Shown: positions 9,601-19,962 of the stretch, piece after piece
Position numbering within the stretch: position 1 is the stretch's first letter
How the letters are laid out: each line of letters begins with the position of its first letter
Source: a virus
Length of the DNA stretch: 64,000 nt
IMG/VR virus record: IMGVR_UViG_3300010885_026047
Location: 32,001-96,000 of that record
Reading direction: 5' to 3' (one strand)
Made by a program: the position numbers and the translations under genes
Notes under the pieces: model-generated
Told to the model about the DNA's origin: nothing
Databases searched by the model: none
The model's input: only the letters and a program-made list of their open reading frames with translations

Positions 9601-9856
9601 AACCTGTAGGTTTTTGAAAAGATAAACAAAGTTCTCGATACTGATCTACCAAAGCCCAAAAGTTCCCTGCAAAATGGTCAGATATCTCCTTTATGATCTC
9701 CACTTGTCCTGTAACCGGATCACGTATAGTAGATAAGTTGTATAGCTCCGTTTCTGGCACTTTATCTTCTACTTCTCGTTTCCACTGATCTTTTGCAAGA
9801 CATCTCGACAAAGCCTCAACATCTACTTCTATCCACTCTTGTTTTTCATCTGCCAT
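9551..9856 (-). CDS. hypothetical protein
   Basis: 101-aa ORF overlapping the primase start. Confidence 0.55.
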   Translation of the reverse strand: MADEKQEWIEVDVEALSRCLAKDQWKREVEDKVPETELYNLSTIRDPVTGQVEIIKEISDHFAGNFWALVDQYRELCLSFQKPTGYDDKSSKSQTGPEGIG

Positions 9857-9875
9857 CCTATCTGTTGTTTTGTTA

Positions 9876-10244
9876 CTACATCAGTCTTTTTACTATCTCT
9901 TCACACTCACTTAAAACTATCTGGTGTTTTGCTACAACACTTCTTATTTCTTGTAACTGTTTTAAGATACTTTCTTCTGGTGTAGTTGCATTATTATCTA
10001 TAGACCATATCCCTGCTCCAGTAAACCAGTTATCATCATCAGACACTAAACAGCTATACCTTTTTGCTTCATACTGACTAACTGCTATATGTCCACAGTA
10101 AACAGTGAAGTGCCATCCTAAGTTTTCATCTACTCTTATCTTCCACTTACTACCTGTAGACTTGTTTAACCTTGCTTGTAGCTTTTTAGCTCTTTCAGTA
10201 GCACTTTCTTTTGTCATCTTGTTATACCAATCTCCTATTCCCAT
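9876..10244 (-). CDS. hypothetical protein
   Basis: ATG at 10244 after AAACAAAGAAGAT. Confidence 0.6.
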   Translation of the reverse strand: MGIGDWYNKMTKESATERAKKLQARLNKSTGSKWKIRVDENLGWHFTVYCGHIAVSQYEAKRYSCLVSDDDNWFTGAGIWSIDNNATTPEESILKQLQEIRSVVAKHQIVLSECEEIVKRLM

Positions 10245-10350
10245 ATCTTCTTTGTTTTTAACACACTTCAAAGAGCTACACAGACAGCTTCGGACATCCC
10301 TTTCTCCAGCTATCTGTGTAACTCCCTTTAGTTGTGTATCGGTTTGTTTG

Positions 10351-10569
10351 TTAGAAACCTTGTAAGTCTTCGTATCTTTCTCCTTCTCTCCAAGCTTCTA
10401 GTACTTCGTCAGCATCTACTTCTATATCGTCCACTACATCTTCTACATAGTACTTTTCTAACCCCATATCTCTACTAAACAACCACTGTTCTACCTGCCT
10501 GAGAGTATCACATCGGTAGACTATCTGACCTTGGTACTCTCTGATCCTAAACTTTTGTACTTCTGCCAT
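10351..10569 (-). CDS. hypothetical protein
   Basis: 72-aa ORF in the gene run. Confidence 0.6.
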   Translation of the reverse strand: MAEVQKFRIREYQGQIVYRCDTLRQVEQWLFSRDMGLEKYYVEDVVDDIEVDADEVLEAWREGERYEDLQGF

Positions 10570-10571
10570 AT

Positions 10572-11183
10572 CTATAGTTGTTGTATAGCCGTTATAGCTA
10601 AGTTCTTAGTTGTTTCTATCTCCTTTTGGAACCCTATCAGAACTTCTCTGGCAGCTTTACCTATGTTAGCCGGAAACCCATCACCGTCTACAGAGATACC
10701 GTTCAGGTACTCTATACACAGTATCTGCTCTTTTAACCTCTCCACTATCTCCACAGCACTCATAGCTTTACCACTACTCTTTACTACTGTAGTGTTTCGT
10801 GGTTGACGTTTCTTGGTAGGGTTTGAGTTTACATGATCTACTAACCTGTCCTGAAGAGACTTTTCTACTTTTGGACCTGGTTCTGGTACAAGTGTTTCAA
10901 CACCTATCTTTATGTTTTCAGCTATCTGATCACCTTCAGATACATCTTTCAGAGACTTCTCATAGTTCCCTATCTGTTCCATTAAGTACTCTGTTTCTTC
11001 TGAAGTACACAGGTTACTCCTATTCAGATAGCTCTGTACCAGTTTCAGATCTTTGTTCAGGTTCCACATTTTTACCACTTCACCTACTACATCTTCGTTA
11101 ACATCGTCTATATGCATCACCAGACGATCTTCACTGTCTTTTATCGCTTTACTGCTCTTTTCGTAACTCCAAAGTGTTCTCAT
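10572..11183 (-). CDS. hypothetical protein
   Basis: 203-aa ORF. Confidence 0.7.
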   Translation of the reverse strand: MRTLWSYEKSSKAIKDSEDRLVMHIDDVNEDVVGEVVKMWNLNKDLKLVQSYLNRSNLCTSEETEYLMEQIGNYEKSLKDVSEGDQIAENIKIGVETLVPEPGPKVEKSLQDRLVDHVNSNPTKKRQPRNTTVVKSSGKAMSAVEIVERLKEQILCIEYLNGISVDGDGFPANIGKAAREVLIGFQKEIETTKNLAITAIQQL

Positions 11184-11188
11184 GTCTT

Positions 11189-11464
11189 TTACTTGTTTGT
11201 TTTGTTGTTAACTTGTTCTCTGAACTCTCTATACTCTGGGTACTCCCAACAATCACCATCTTCTATTTCACCATCACACTCTTGCCACTTATCAGCAAGA
11301 AACAGGTTACACGGCATACACCAGTATGTGCTCTGAAAGTCTCCATCCATCTTTCCTACAGTTTTCTGCATCTCTGTACCTAATGGATACTTTATAGAGC
11401 ATCCTGGACATCTGTGTTCTTTTCTTGTCAGCACTTTTCTACTACTGAGTTGTTCGTATCCCAT
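11189..11464 (-). CDS. small Cys-rich (zinc-binding) phage protein
   Basis: RKEHRCPGC...YWCMPC. Confidence 0.7.
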   Translation of the reverse strand: MGYEQLSSRKVLTRKEHRCPGCSIKYPLGTEMQKTVGKMDGDFQSTYWCMPCNLFLADKWQECDGEIEDGDCWEYPEYREFREQVNNKTNK

Positions 11465-11466
11465 AG

Positions 11467-12447
11467 CTAGTAGTTCATATCAACTAGTGGAGCATCACTG
11501 TCTGTAGCTGGTGAGAAAGTACTGCTGCCAGCCTGGATAAACTTATCAGCTTCAAAAACGTGCAACGGAGAGAACTCCCACATGTGTTTGTTCCTCTTCA
11601 CAGAGCTATAGAACTGGTACATATCTTTCAACTTCCAGCTACCTTTACCCTTTGGAGCTACATCGAACTTACCCCAACTGTTACTACTGCTGTTGATGTT
11701 CACATCTTTGATCTTCCAACCCGGTAACCATGCACCATCTACACAGTTGTTGTTGTACTGTACACCGTTCTCTGCGTCTTTAGCTTCTACATAGACCATA
11801 AACACCAAGTCCTGGAAAGTATCTGTACCTATATACATAGCTATATCCTTAACTTTTCCACGGAGTAGATCAGCAAGTTTTATAAACAGGTTCGTGTCCT
11901 GATCTGCCTGGAACCAATCTTGTGTTACTAAGTGCCTCAACATACCGTAGAGAGAGGTTTCTCCTTTGTAAGCCTGACGATATATCAACTTGACAGGTTC
12001 TCCATTTTCTCCGATCACATCTTCCCACTCTTTGCTTTCTTCGTTCTGTTTCTGCATATGTGTGAAGGACCTGAAGAGGTTTTCTTCTTTGTCTACAAGT
12101 TGTGTTTGACCCCACTGGTTTAGCCACCAGCAACGTTTCACTTTCTCTCCGGGGTTTTTCTTGTCATCAGCTTCAAACTCAGCCAACTCATCAGAGATAA
12201 AGATACCATACTCTACATACTTCTTTGTCAGCTCATCCTGAAAGACAAAACATAGACGTGTCCAGTCTTTACCGTCTTTCTCACCGGTATATGCGATTTC
12301 CTTTTCATCGGCTTTATCTGCCCATCCATAGAGCTCTTTCTTCTTGGCCAGATCGGGATTCACACATATGAGTGGCCCTTTTCCGTATCCTATGAGTTTC
12401 TCTGATGTACCTGTTCCTGCTTTTTTCTCACTCGGTTTTACGTTCAT
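11467..12447 (-). CDS. putative single-stranded DNA-binding protein (crAss-like)
   Basis: directly downstream of the AAA_24 ATPase; VNP and R.AYKGE motifs, acidic C-terminal tail. Confidence 0.55.
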   Translation of the reverse strand: MNVKPSEKKAGTGTSEKLIGYGKGPLICVNPDLAKKKELYGWADKADEKEIAYTGEKDGKDWTRLCFVFQDELTKKYVEYGIFISDELAEFEADDKKNPGEKVKRCWWLNQWGQTQLVDKEENLFRSFTHMQKQNEESKEWEDVIGENGEPVKLIYRQAYKGETSLYGMLRHLVTQDWFQADQDTNLFIKLADLLRGKVKDIAMYIGTDTFQDLVFMVYVEAKDAENGVQYNNNCVDGAWLPGWKIKDVNINSSSNSWGKFDVAPKGKGSWKLKDMYQFYSSVKRNKHMWEFSPLHVFEADKFIQAGSSTFSPATDSDAPLVDMNY

Positions 12448-12462
12448 GTTGTTTGTTTTTCG

Positions 12463-13299
12463 TTATTTGTTTGTAGTTTGCTTTTCTTCTTGTATGAACA
12501 CTTTTGCCCAGTCTAATTCTCCTGTATACCCTAACAGATGAGTAGCTCTCATACCACCTATCTTGTCACTATTACCTACGAATGACACCATCATCTTCCC
12601 GTTCTCATTCCACACATTACCTATGGCATCACAGAGCCTGGGGATCATGTCCCTGACTTTTCCTGTAAGGGCGAGATCTTTGATCATTACCTGTTCACCA
12701 TTCTTTTCTGCTATCATCTTATCTGCTACATGGCACACGAATATTGTACATATCTTGCCTAGATCCTTCAGTGTGTTGAATATATCCATGATGGCATCCC
12801 TAGAATACCTGTAGCCGTAACCCTGCCCGAGAGTCAATACACTCTCATATTCCTGATCTGTAGGTTTCAGCATTGTGGTCTTCTGTGTGATAGGGTCTTT
12901 GATCACTTTCCCATCTGCATCACATACCCGGTTGAAGTTCTTACCAGCTACACTATTCATGTAGTTCCAGGTACCTACCCATTCGCTGTCTATATCCAAC
13001 TGGCTGAATGTATCTATGGCTACATAGTCATATGGCCTACCCTGTGCTTTGATCTCTGCTGCCAGTTCTTTCAACCACTTGAACCTTCCTACTGGTCCTA
13101 GTGTCTCTGGTACTTGCATCACTATACCGTTGATGAAGGCACTTCCATTTTCTGTGTCAATAATAAGGCAATTCTGGAGAGCTGATAATGCAGTGGTCTT
13201 TCCTACTTTGCTTTTCCCGTACAGAGTCATTGACCTTGCATTCACAGCAGTTGCTTTTCTTGGTGCTGTAGGTAACACTATACCCTTCTTCTCTTCCAT
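12463..13299 (-). CDS. AAA_24 / Sak4-like ATPase (recombination)
   Basis: YGKSKVGKTT Walker A, IIDTENG, VAIDT Walker B, G.GY, FVCH, CDAIG. Confidence 0.85.
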   Translation of the reverse strand: MEEKKGIVLPTAPRKATAVNARSMTLYGKSKVGKTTALSALQNCLIIDTENGSAFINGIVMQVPETLGPVGRFKWLKELAAEIKAQGRPYDYVAIDTFSQLDIDSEWVGTWNYMNSVAGKNFNRVCDADGKVIKDPITQKTTMLKPTDQEYESVLTLGQGYGYRYSRDAIMDIFNTLKDLGKICTIFVCHVADKMIAEKNGEQVMIKDLALTGKVRDMIPRLCDAIGNVWNENGKMMVSFVGNSDKIGGMRATHLLGYTGELDWAKVFIQEEKQTTNK

Positions 13300-13317
13300 A
13301 TGTTGTGTTCTATTGGT

Positions 13318-13518
13318 TTACTTGTTCTTCTTATCTGTGATTGCTATGAATGTTTTCCATCGTTCTGCATCTAGCTCATACTCTTCCTGTGCAGCTTTGT
13401 ATCCTGCTATCCAGCTATCCTGTATCTGTGTTATTGAGTGTACACCATCTCCATCTCCGAGGTCTTCTACATCTTTGCTGTAGTTCTCTGCTTCCTGTTG
13501 TACTTCTTCTTTTGTCAT
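13318..13518 (-). CDS. small hypothetical protein
   Basis: AENY...WIAGYKAA pattern common in small Bacteroidota phage proteins. Confidence 0.6.
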   Translation of the reverse strand: MTKEEVQQEAENYSKDVEDLGDGDGVHSITQIQDSWIAGYKAAQEEYELDAERWKTFIAITDKKNK

Positions 13519-13659
13519 ATCTGTTGTTTTAACTCGTCTACTATGAGGTGTACCAGCACTTCCTGTGAGAAGGTAACCGTAAATACTCTTCGTGACTTAT
13601 CACATGTTTCATACCCATATCCATAATAGGTAATCTCATTGCTATCAAATAGTGCTTTC

Positions 13660-14868
13660 TCATGTTGTTGCTTGTTTTACTTGTTCTAATACAGCTTCTC
13701 TGTTCCCAAAACCTTTAAACGGCTTACTCTGCAGTATATTTCGTTCTTCCCTCTCTATATCTGTTGGGAGAAAGTACCTGCCACTAGTAACCTCTTCATA
13801 GATGCTCTCTGGTATCTCGTTTGACCTGGCCAGGGTACGTAGTATCCCATATACAGGCTGTATAGCCATGGGAAAGTTCATACCGGTACTATCGAATGAG
13901 TTCTTCAGGATGTACAATGCTCTATAGTAGGTACGGAACCACTTGTCCTTCAACCTTTTCAGGTCATATCCATTATGAGGTTCTCTCTCTGATACACTGT
14001 GGTTGTATGGGTTGAACAGTGCCAACACTACATCTGCATCCCTTGCTGTCTGAGAGCTGTCTGCGAAGTCACTGAGCTTTGGTTGTAACTCACCTAGCTT
14101 CTGCCTGGACACATCAGACATGCCTCTGGATAACTGTTGTACTATCACCGGACTGAACCCGTATATATCCCTGGCCTCTCTCATTGTTCTACTGAACTTG
14201 TCCACCAATGTCTTCGTCTTTCCATCACCTTCTGGTGCCAGTATCCCCGAGTTGTCACCTATCACCAGCACTATATGGTTCAGATGATTCGGCACATAGG
14301 TTCTGCTGGCCAGGATGTTGTCCATACTGCTATCTGACTTATCCTTGTCATGTATAGTGCCATGTTTTCTGGCAAACGCTTCCAGATACTTACTGATACC
14401 TGTAGGGTTCTTGCTACCTGAGTGACATATCAACAGGTCTTCTGCTTCCCATTCATCCAGCACTGCATAGTACTTCTTGACCAGAGCATACTCACTATCC
14501 GATAACTGATCGTTCTCCCTCCTGCCCAGTATCTTCTTCGGTGATATGTCTGTACCTGTATCCTCGAAGATCAACCTACTCAACCATCTGGCCGTGTAAT
14601 TGTGTTGAGCCCTCTCCATGAAGAAGCAGATAACCGATAACTTCATGTTCTCTGGCTTGTTCTGCAGATACCATTTTATCGGATTGATCACGAACAGGTC
14701 ACTAGCCAGAGTTGTCTTACCATCTCCGGTCTCACCCCCAACTACATAGAGTGTGTTTCTGGCTATGTCTATATAGTTACCTATACGTTCATATGCTACC
14801 GGTATCACACCTACCTTACCATTCCTACCATTCTGTATCTCCTTGTCCAACTCTGTAGCTAGGCTCAT
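13660..14868 (-). CDS. DnaB-like replicative helicase
   Basis: GGETGDGKTT Walker A, FFME, VQQLSR, P.LSDFADS....RDADVVLALF, ILKN. Confidence 0.9.
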   Translation of the reverse strand: MSLATELDKEIQNGRNGKVGVIPVAYERIGNYIDIARNTLYVVGGETGDGKTTLASDLFVINPIKWYLQNKPENMKLSVICFFMERAQHNYTARWLSRLIFEDTGTDISPKKILGRRENDQLSDSEYALVKKYYAVLDEWEAEDLLICHSGSKNPTGISKYLEAFARKHGTIHDKDKSDSSMDNILASRTYVPNHLNHIVLVIGDNSGILAPEGDGKTKTLVDKFSRTMREARDIYGFSPVIVQQLSRGMSDVSRQKLGELQPKLSDFADSSQTARDADVVLALFNPYNHSVSEREPHNGYDLKRLKDKWFRTYYRALYILKNSFDSTGMNFPMAIQPVYGILRTLARSNEIPESIYEEVTSGRYFLPTDIEREERNILQSKPFKGFGNREAVLEQVKQATT

Positions 14869-14872
14869 AGTT

Positions 14873-15460
14873 TTATTGCTTGTTTGCTACCTTGTTCATT
14901 GCTATTTGACGTATTTGCCATACCAGTTGCTCACTATTCCATTTCTGTATTGTCCGAAGAGCTTCTGGTCTACCGTCTATCAGTATCTGTAATTCCCGGT
15001 AACTGAACATTGGTTTGTTATCGGCTATATATGTTGTACGAGCTTCTGGAGAGCTGAACCATTTGAACTCGTGGTTATCCTTTGCCTGTTCTGCGTATGC
15101 TAGACCGCATTCCCATATATCATCAATACCGTATACCATTCTGTCTCCATCATAGCACTTGTATCCATCTTCTGTAGTGAGTAGTAGCTCTGGTGTAGGT
15201 TGCTTCTCTCCATCATTCCTCACAGCATCCTGTAGTATCTTGTTGATCCCATCAGCCATACTCTTTGGTACTATGTAGTTCACACCATCTATCTGCATGT
15301 CTACTTTTTCCTGTACTGGTTCTGCTACTGGTGACTGTTCTATCAGGTCTAGTACTTTTCCAGCAGCAAAGTACCTGTTAGGAGCACCATCGCTACTACA
15401 TCCGTTATCTCTTAAACACTCAGCTATCTTTGTCTGTAGCTGTTCTCTGTTTTTGTTCAT
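14873..15460 (-). CDS. hypothetical protein
   Basis: 195-aa ORF. Confidence 0.7.
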   Translation of the reverse strand: MNKNREQLQTKIAECLRDNGCSSDGAPNRYFAAGKVLDLIEQSPVAEPVQEKVDMQIDGVNYIVPKSMADGINKILQDAVRNDGEKQPTPELLLTTEDGYKCYDGDRMVYGIDDIWECGLAYAEQAKDNHEFKWFSSPEARTTYIADNKPMFSYRELQILIDGRPEALRTIQKWNSEQLVWQIRQIAMNKVANKQ

Positions 15461-15462
15461 AT

Positions 15463-15999
15463 CTATGCGCAGTTTGAACCATGATCGTTATACTCTTCTT
15501 CTACTTCCATACCTATCAGAGACATGTATACCTGTTGTCTTAACCACACCTCACAAGCAGGTTGGTACTGCATCCGGTTCTGACCACTTTCATAGCTCTC
15601 TTCTTTTACCAGCTTTATCTGTTTTCTAAGAGCCTCTAACACTTGTTCTGCAGAGACGTTGTTCTCCTGTAGTCCTCGTAGATAGAGCATCTGGCATATC
15701 TGTTTGTTAGCTTTCAAGACCCTCGAACTTTTAAACTGCATACCTCTATAGCTAAAGTTGGCACTACTCGGATACTCCTGCCAGAACACCTCGAACCCTT
15801 TGTCATCTGTTACCTGTGGCTTTTTACGCTCCTTCTTTTGCTCTGTATCTGCCAGATATGTTTCCAAAGTACACTTAGCCAGTGTACCTAAGATAGTCTC
15901 TTCTGACAAGGTTCTATCCATCCCCATCTGTGTCCGTAACTTATCTCGGATATAGAGCATGATATCCGACCACTCTTTCTGTACTATCTGTAGTGCCAT
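15463..15999 (-). CDS. replication initiator / helicase-loader-like protein
   Basis: FEVFWQEYP and C-terminal WLRQ motifs of phage replisome-organiser domains; upstream of the helicase. Confidence 0.6.
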   Translation of the reverse strand: MALQIVQKEWSDIMLYIRDKLRTQMGMDRTLSEETILGTLAKCTLETYLADTEQKKERKKPQVTDDKGFEVFWQEYPSSANFSYRGMQFKSSRVLKANKQICQMLYLRGLQENNVSAEQVLEALRKQIKLVKEESYESGQNRMQYQPACEVWLRQQVYMSLIGMEVEEEYNDHGSNCA

Positions 16000-16084
16000 A
16001 TAGCTTTGAGTTTTTGCGGAGAACCAAAGTACAACTAACTGTTGGTCTTTGCAACTCCTTTTTCGTTATACTGATGTTATTTCC

Positions 16085-16933
16085 TTAGTCTTTTTCAACT
16101 TCCATAGTTACAGATAGTACCATCTCTGGAAACTTCTCAGTGTCTGAAAAACTTATAGCTTTACAGAACTTTCCAGCTACAAACAAGTTCCAGGCTTTTA
16201 TAACAAAAGCGTTGAGAAACTTTGCACTGTACTTCTTAGTACTGGTGACGTTTGATACTAGCTTCTGTCTGAGAACATAGATAGGATCTTGTGTTCCGGA
16301 TAAGTTTAAACCTGTAGAGAGCTTGTCAAAGAACTCATTTCCCTTCTCTTCGTCTGCTTTACACATACGCATATAAAAAGCAGCTATAGTTGTTATAGCT
16401 AGTAACTTACCTCCTGTTTTGTACCAGCTTGAAGCTTTAGTACATATGTTCTGGTAGTACTCTGGTCTTTTGTTGTATAGTTCAAGTAACATAGAGGCAG
16501 ATACTCCTGCAGTAACATTTGACTGATGGTTGTTATACCCAGTTTGTCTAAAGATAATGTCAGCTTTTACTATAGCTGATATACGACTGGCATTAGGTAT
16601 CTCTGCTAGAGCAAATACTATACCAGACGTTCTTGATCTGTGTGTATCAAAGTGCTTAAAGTTTTCAGGATCTTCGTTGCGGGTAACACTGAACATGAGA
16701 GTTCTTCCTGACTTAACTACAGCAAGTAAACGATGTTGTCCGTTGTGCATACAGTTGTTCCAGTCAATAGATATACCTTGTGATGTTGTTTTCCACCGTC
16801 CTTCTACCATATCTTTAGCATACACAGAAACTAATCCCATATCAGGCTTTCTGTTGTGAGAGCAACTTTCCAGCATCTTTTTAGCGATCTGTGGAGTTAT
16901 CTTCTCTATACTTGTTATCATTTTCTTATCCAT
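16085..16933 (-). CDS. ParB/Srx-like N-terminal domain protein
   Basis: ITPQIAKKML...NR...YAKDM..GRW...NGQHRLLAVV. Confidence 0.75.
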   Translation of the reverse strand: MDKKMITSIEKITPQIAKKMLESCSHNRKPDMGLVSVYAKDMVEGRWKTTSQGISIDWNNCMHNGQHRLLAVVKSGRTLMFSVTRNEDPENFKHFDTHRSRTSGIVFALAEIPNASRISAIVKADIIFRQTGYNNHQSNVTAGVSASMLLELYNKRPEYYQNICTKASSWYKTGGKLLAITTIAAFYMRMCKADEEKGNEFFDKLSTGLNLSGTQDPIYVLRQKLVSNVTSTKKYSAKFLNAFVIKAWNLFVAGKFCKAISFSDTEKFPEMVLSVTMEVEKD

Positions 16934-16954
16934 AAGTTTTGTTTTAACTTGTTT

Positions 16955-18985
16955 TTAAAAAAGTCTCTGTAACCCAGATAGCCTTTCCTTTCGTTGCTGC
17001 TTGTAGTTCGGGTCTATCTTACCGATGATCTCATACGCTTTTTCTGCATACCAGTCTTTATCTATAGAGTAGTCCTCCCACTTAGCTACTTCAAATGGTG
17101 TGTTAAACAGTACCTGTTTAGCACTTGTTTTCTGCACATGACTGAGTTTTGGACCTGTTTTTACAGAGTGCTCCTGTTTGATCTTGAACAGTTTCTCTCC
17201 TATCTCTGCTTTTGGGTCTGCTGCATAGTATCTTACCAGCTTCTTCAGATCAGTTATCTGTCCGGTCTTTCTGTTAACTTGCCTGTAGAAGTAGTCTCTA
17301 CTTGCTTTAGCTGCCATAGTAAAGTCATAGATGTATCTGTGAGAGCTTATAACCTCTTCAGGTAGGCGGTTGTTCATGTAGTACTCGTATAGACATAGTG
17401 CAACCATCTTCTTGCTCTTGTTCTTTTCCAATAGGTAGTCTTTGAGAAAGTCCTTCTTCTCCTTTGTTGTACCGTCTGTCTTTATAGCCAGGTAACTGTT
17501 AACGTTTAGCATCACATACTTGGTGTACTCTGTATACTCCAGTTCTCCTATACCTGTCTGGGTTATCAGAACGACATCTTCCCACTTCTTACATAGTTGG
17601 TAGAACACTTCCAGTTTATCTGTAGGTACACCACATAAAGCACCATCAGTGTTAGCTGAGAGTACATCTATACCAGCATCACACATCCACTCTATCAGCA
17701 TCAGTATCTCAAACTGGTTACCGATAGTACACTGAAAGTGAACCCACGGGTCATACTGTACACTGTAAGTACTGTTGGTCATACCAAAACCACCACCGTT
17801 AACGGAGACTTTCAGTGTCTCGGCTATACCTTTGTACCGGGCATCTGTCTTGCCTCTCTTCTTAGCATCTAACCGTTTCTCTATCAACCGTTTGTAGTTT
17901 ACCAACCACTCTTTACCAAGATGTGCCGGATAGAGACCACGTTTTACGATACTTGACGGATACTGACTACCTGCATCAAACTCTATTAACTTGTAGCTAT
18001 CTGTTGACTGTAGTAGTACTGCAGGGTTTTCTGTGTGTATACCACCTTTAGCTATCATATACTGCAGACCTTGGTACACAAACGGAAACTCCTGTTTTGC
18101 ACCTCCCAGGTTCACTCTCTCCTGTTCTACCTGTTTACGAATACTTTGCATCTCTGCAGACTTGAACCTAATATAACTGGGTATACAGTCCCCAAACGTA
18201 AACTCTTTCTTCTTCCGGCTCTTTTTAGCTGCATAGAGATCGTTCCAGTTCTTACCGGACTCTTTCATATACCCTAACAAGTTTACCTGTTCACCAAGCT
18301 TTACATCTGAGTAGCTGATAGCTTCTTTTGCCAGACCAAACTCTTCCATAGCGTCTAACCGTTCCTGTATCTTATCCTTACCTTTATACAGTTCGTTATC
18401 ACAGTTACCCACTGTGTAGTTCCAAAGTGTCTCTGTTGCTCTGATATCGTGCTCACAGTACTCTTGTACCATCTTACACTGTTCTTCAGTCAGATAAGGT
18501 TCTGTATGGTCAAACGGCATCTCATCTACTATCTGGTCAGTCATAAACTCTATCCATTTCAAACTGGTCCGTTTGTTTTCGTTGAAAAAGTTGTGGATAG
18601 TTCCAAGGTCTATCTGAGCTATATCCATATACTTTTGGTTATATGGAGGCTTTATCTCATAGTCCTGGTTATTTATAATGTTTGACGCAAAACCAGCTAT
18701 AAACCCAACTATCTCCATAGCAGAACAGTTACTCCATACATGAGCTGTATCTAACACGTACTGTATAACCTGGCCATCAAACGATATGTTGTTAAAACCA
18801 CATATGTAGTCTTTTGGCATATCTACAAGCCACTTAACCAAACTGTCCAGTTCGTTCTTGTACTCGGATATCTCAAACCAGTACCACTCTTCTTTACCAA
18901 CCTTCTTGAACCCGAAAAGGCTTACAGCTTGAAAGGTCTCGATGTCATATAAGAAGGTTCTATCTGCTATGTCTTTAGTCGTCAT
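16955..18985 (-). CDS. family B DNA polymerase
   Basis: exonuclease YDIET, FNN..FD, YCEHD; polymerase DAGSQYPS, K...NGGGFG, ANTDG. Confidence 0.9.
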   Translation of the reverse strand: MTTKDIADRTFLYDIETFQAVSLFGFKKVGKEEWYWFEISEYKNELDSLVKWLVDMPKDYICGFNNISFDGQVIQYVLDTAHVWSNCSAMEIVGFIAGFASNIINNQDYEIKPPYNQKYMDIAQIDLGTIHNFFNENKRTSLKWIEFMTDQIVDEMPFDHTEPYLTEEQCKMVQEYCEHDIRATETLWNYTVGNCDNELYKGKDKIQERLDAMEEFGLAKEAISYSDVKLGEQVNLLGYMKESGKNWNDLYAAKKSRKKKEFTFGDCIPSYIRFKSAEMQSIRKQVEQERVNLGGAKQEFPFVYQGLQYMIAKGGIHTENPAVLLQSTDSYKLIEFDAGSQYPSSIVKRGLYPAHLGKEWLVNYKRLIEKRLDAKKRGKTDARYKGIAETLKVSVNGGGFGMTNSTYSVQYDPWVHFQCTIGNQFEILMLIEWMCDAGIDVLSANTDGALCGVPTDKLEVFYQLCKKWEDVVLITQTGIGELEYTEYTKYVMLNVNSYLAIKTDGTTKEKKDFLKDYLLEKNKSKKMVALCLYEYYMNNRLPEEVISSHRYIYDFTMAAKASRDYFYRQVNRKTGQITDLKKLVRYYAADPKAEIGEKLFKIKQEHSVKTGPKLSHVQKTSAKQVLFNTPFEVAKWEDYSIDKDWYAEKAYEIIGKIDPNYKQQRKERLSGLQRLF

Positions 18986-19005
18986 ACCTCTTTAGCTTTT
19001 ATATA

Positions 19006-19045
19006 GGTGCTGATAGGGTTTGTTTGTCCTACCAGCACCCTTTTT
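19006..19045. terminator. GC-rich hairpin upstream of polB
   Basis: GGTGCTGATAGG/CCTACCAGCACC followed by a T run on the plus strand. Confidence 0.45.
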
Positions 19046-19046
19046 G

Positions 19047-19268
19047 TTAGTCTTGTTTCTTTTCTAACTTTCCCCACTTCTCCAGGTTATAATCTTTGTA
19101 CTCCATAACTACCATCTTCCATACATCAGAGAACGTACCTATAACTATCCTTACGTTGACTGTTAGCTGTTCCCGTTCTGTGTCGTTTGAGAGCACATCC
19201 ATCTCTCTGTACTCTGACCCGTATCTTGCTACTATCAGGTCTCCGGTCTTTAACTCGTTTAACTGCAT
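19047..19268 (-). CDS. hypothetical protein
   Basis: 73-aa ORF. Confidence 0.6.
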   Translation of the reverse strand: MQLNELKTGDLIVARYGSEYREMDVLSNDTEREQLTVNVRIVIGTFSDVWKMVVMEYKDYNLEKWGKLEKKQD

Positions 19269-19283
19269 CTTTCTGTTTGGTTT

Positions 19284-19499
19284 TTACTGTTTGTCTTCAG
19301 TTGGTTTTATCGTTTGTTGTTGTGGAGCCGATGTTATCACTACACAGTTGGCATGTGTCTTATCTCCTACTGGCATAGTTGCTACCTGTGTTGCTTCTAC
19401 AGGTAACCTGAAGAGTTCTGTAAGTAGCTGTTTCTCCAGCTCTGTTTCTGGAGTACATATCAGCTGCAGCTTTCCGTTACATATAAACGTTGTTTTCAT
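19284..19499 (-). CDS. hypothetical protein
   Basis: 71-aa ORF. Confidence 0.6.
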   Translation of the reverse strand: MKTTFICNGKLQLICTPETELEKQLLTELFRLPVEATQVATMPVGDKTHANCVVITSAPQQQTIKPTEDKQ

Positions 19500-19568
19500 A
19501 TCTTCTTGTGTTTAAAGCTACACGGAGAGTACTTATCCCTCAAACATAGCTGGTTGTGAAAAGTACTT

Positions 19569-19922
19569 TTATACTTCTGACAGATGCTTCATTGCTGTGT
19601 TTATCAAACAACTTGCCCTGTACAATGTTTTCTTTTCCTTATAGTTGTTGTAACTTTCGGCATCTGTTACATACTTTTTTCCTCTTTCCGATACTTCAGC
19701 TACTTGCTTTCTAATATCTATACGAATACTATTTATCCGGGCCAGTATCTCTAACTTCCTGTTTTCACTATAGTTCCAGTTCAACCTGGTTCCTTGCAGA
19801 TAGTTAGCTACTGTCTCTGTAGAAGGTTTGTGTTTTGGTGCAGGTACATGTGTTTGTACTGTCTTCATGTCAAGTGTACTACCTGCCAAGTAGAGAACAC
19901 TTACTACTAGTTTTTTGCTCAT
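19569..19922 (-). CDS. hypothetical protein
   Basis: 117-aa ORF with A-rich leader. Confidence 0.6.
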   Translation of the reverse strand: MSKKLVVSVLYLAGSTLDMKTVQTHVPAPKHKPSTETVANYLQGTRLNWNYSENRKLEILARINSIRIDIRKQVAEVSERGKKYVTDAESYNNYKEKKTLYRASCLINTAMKHLSEV

Positions 19923-19962
19923 CGTTTGGTTGTTTTAGTTGTTTTGTGAACTGTTTGTTTGT

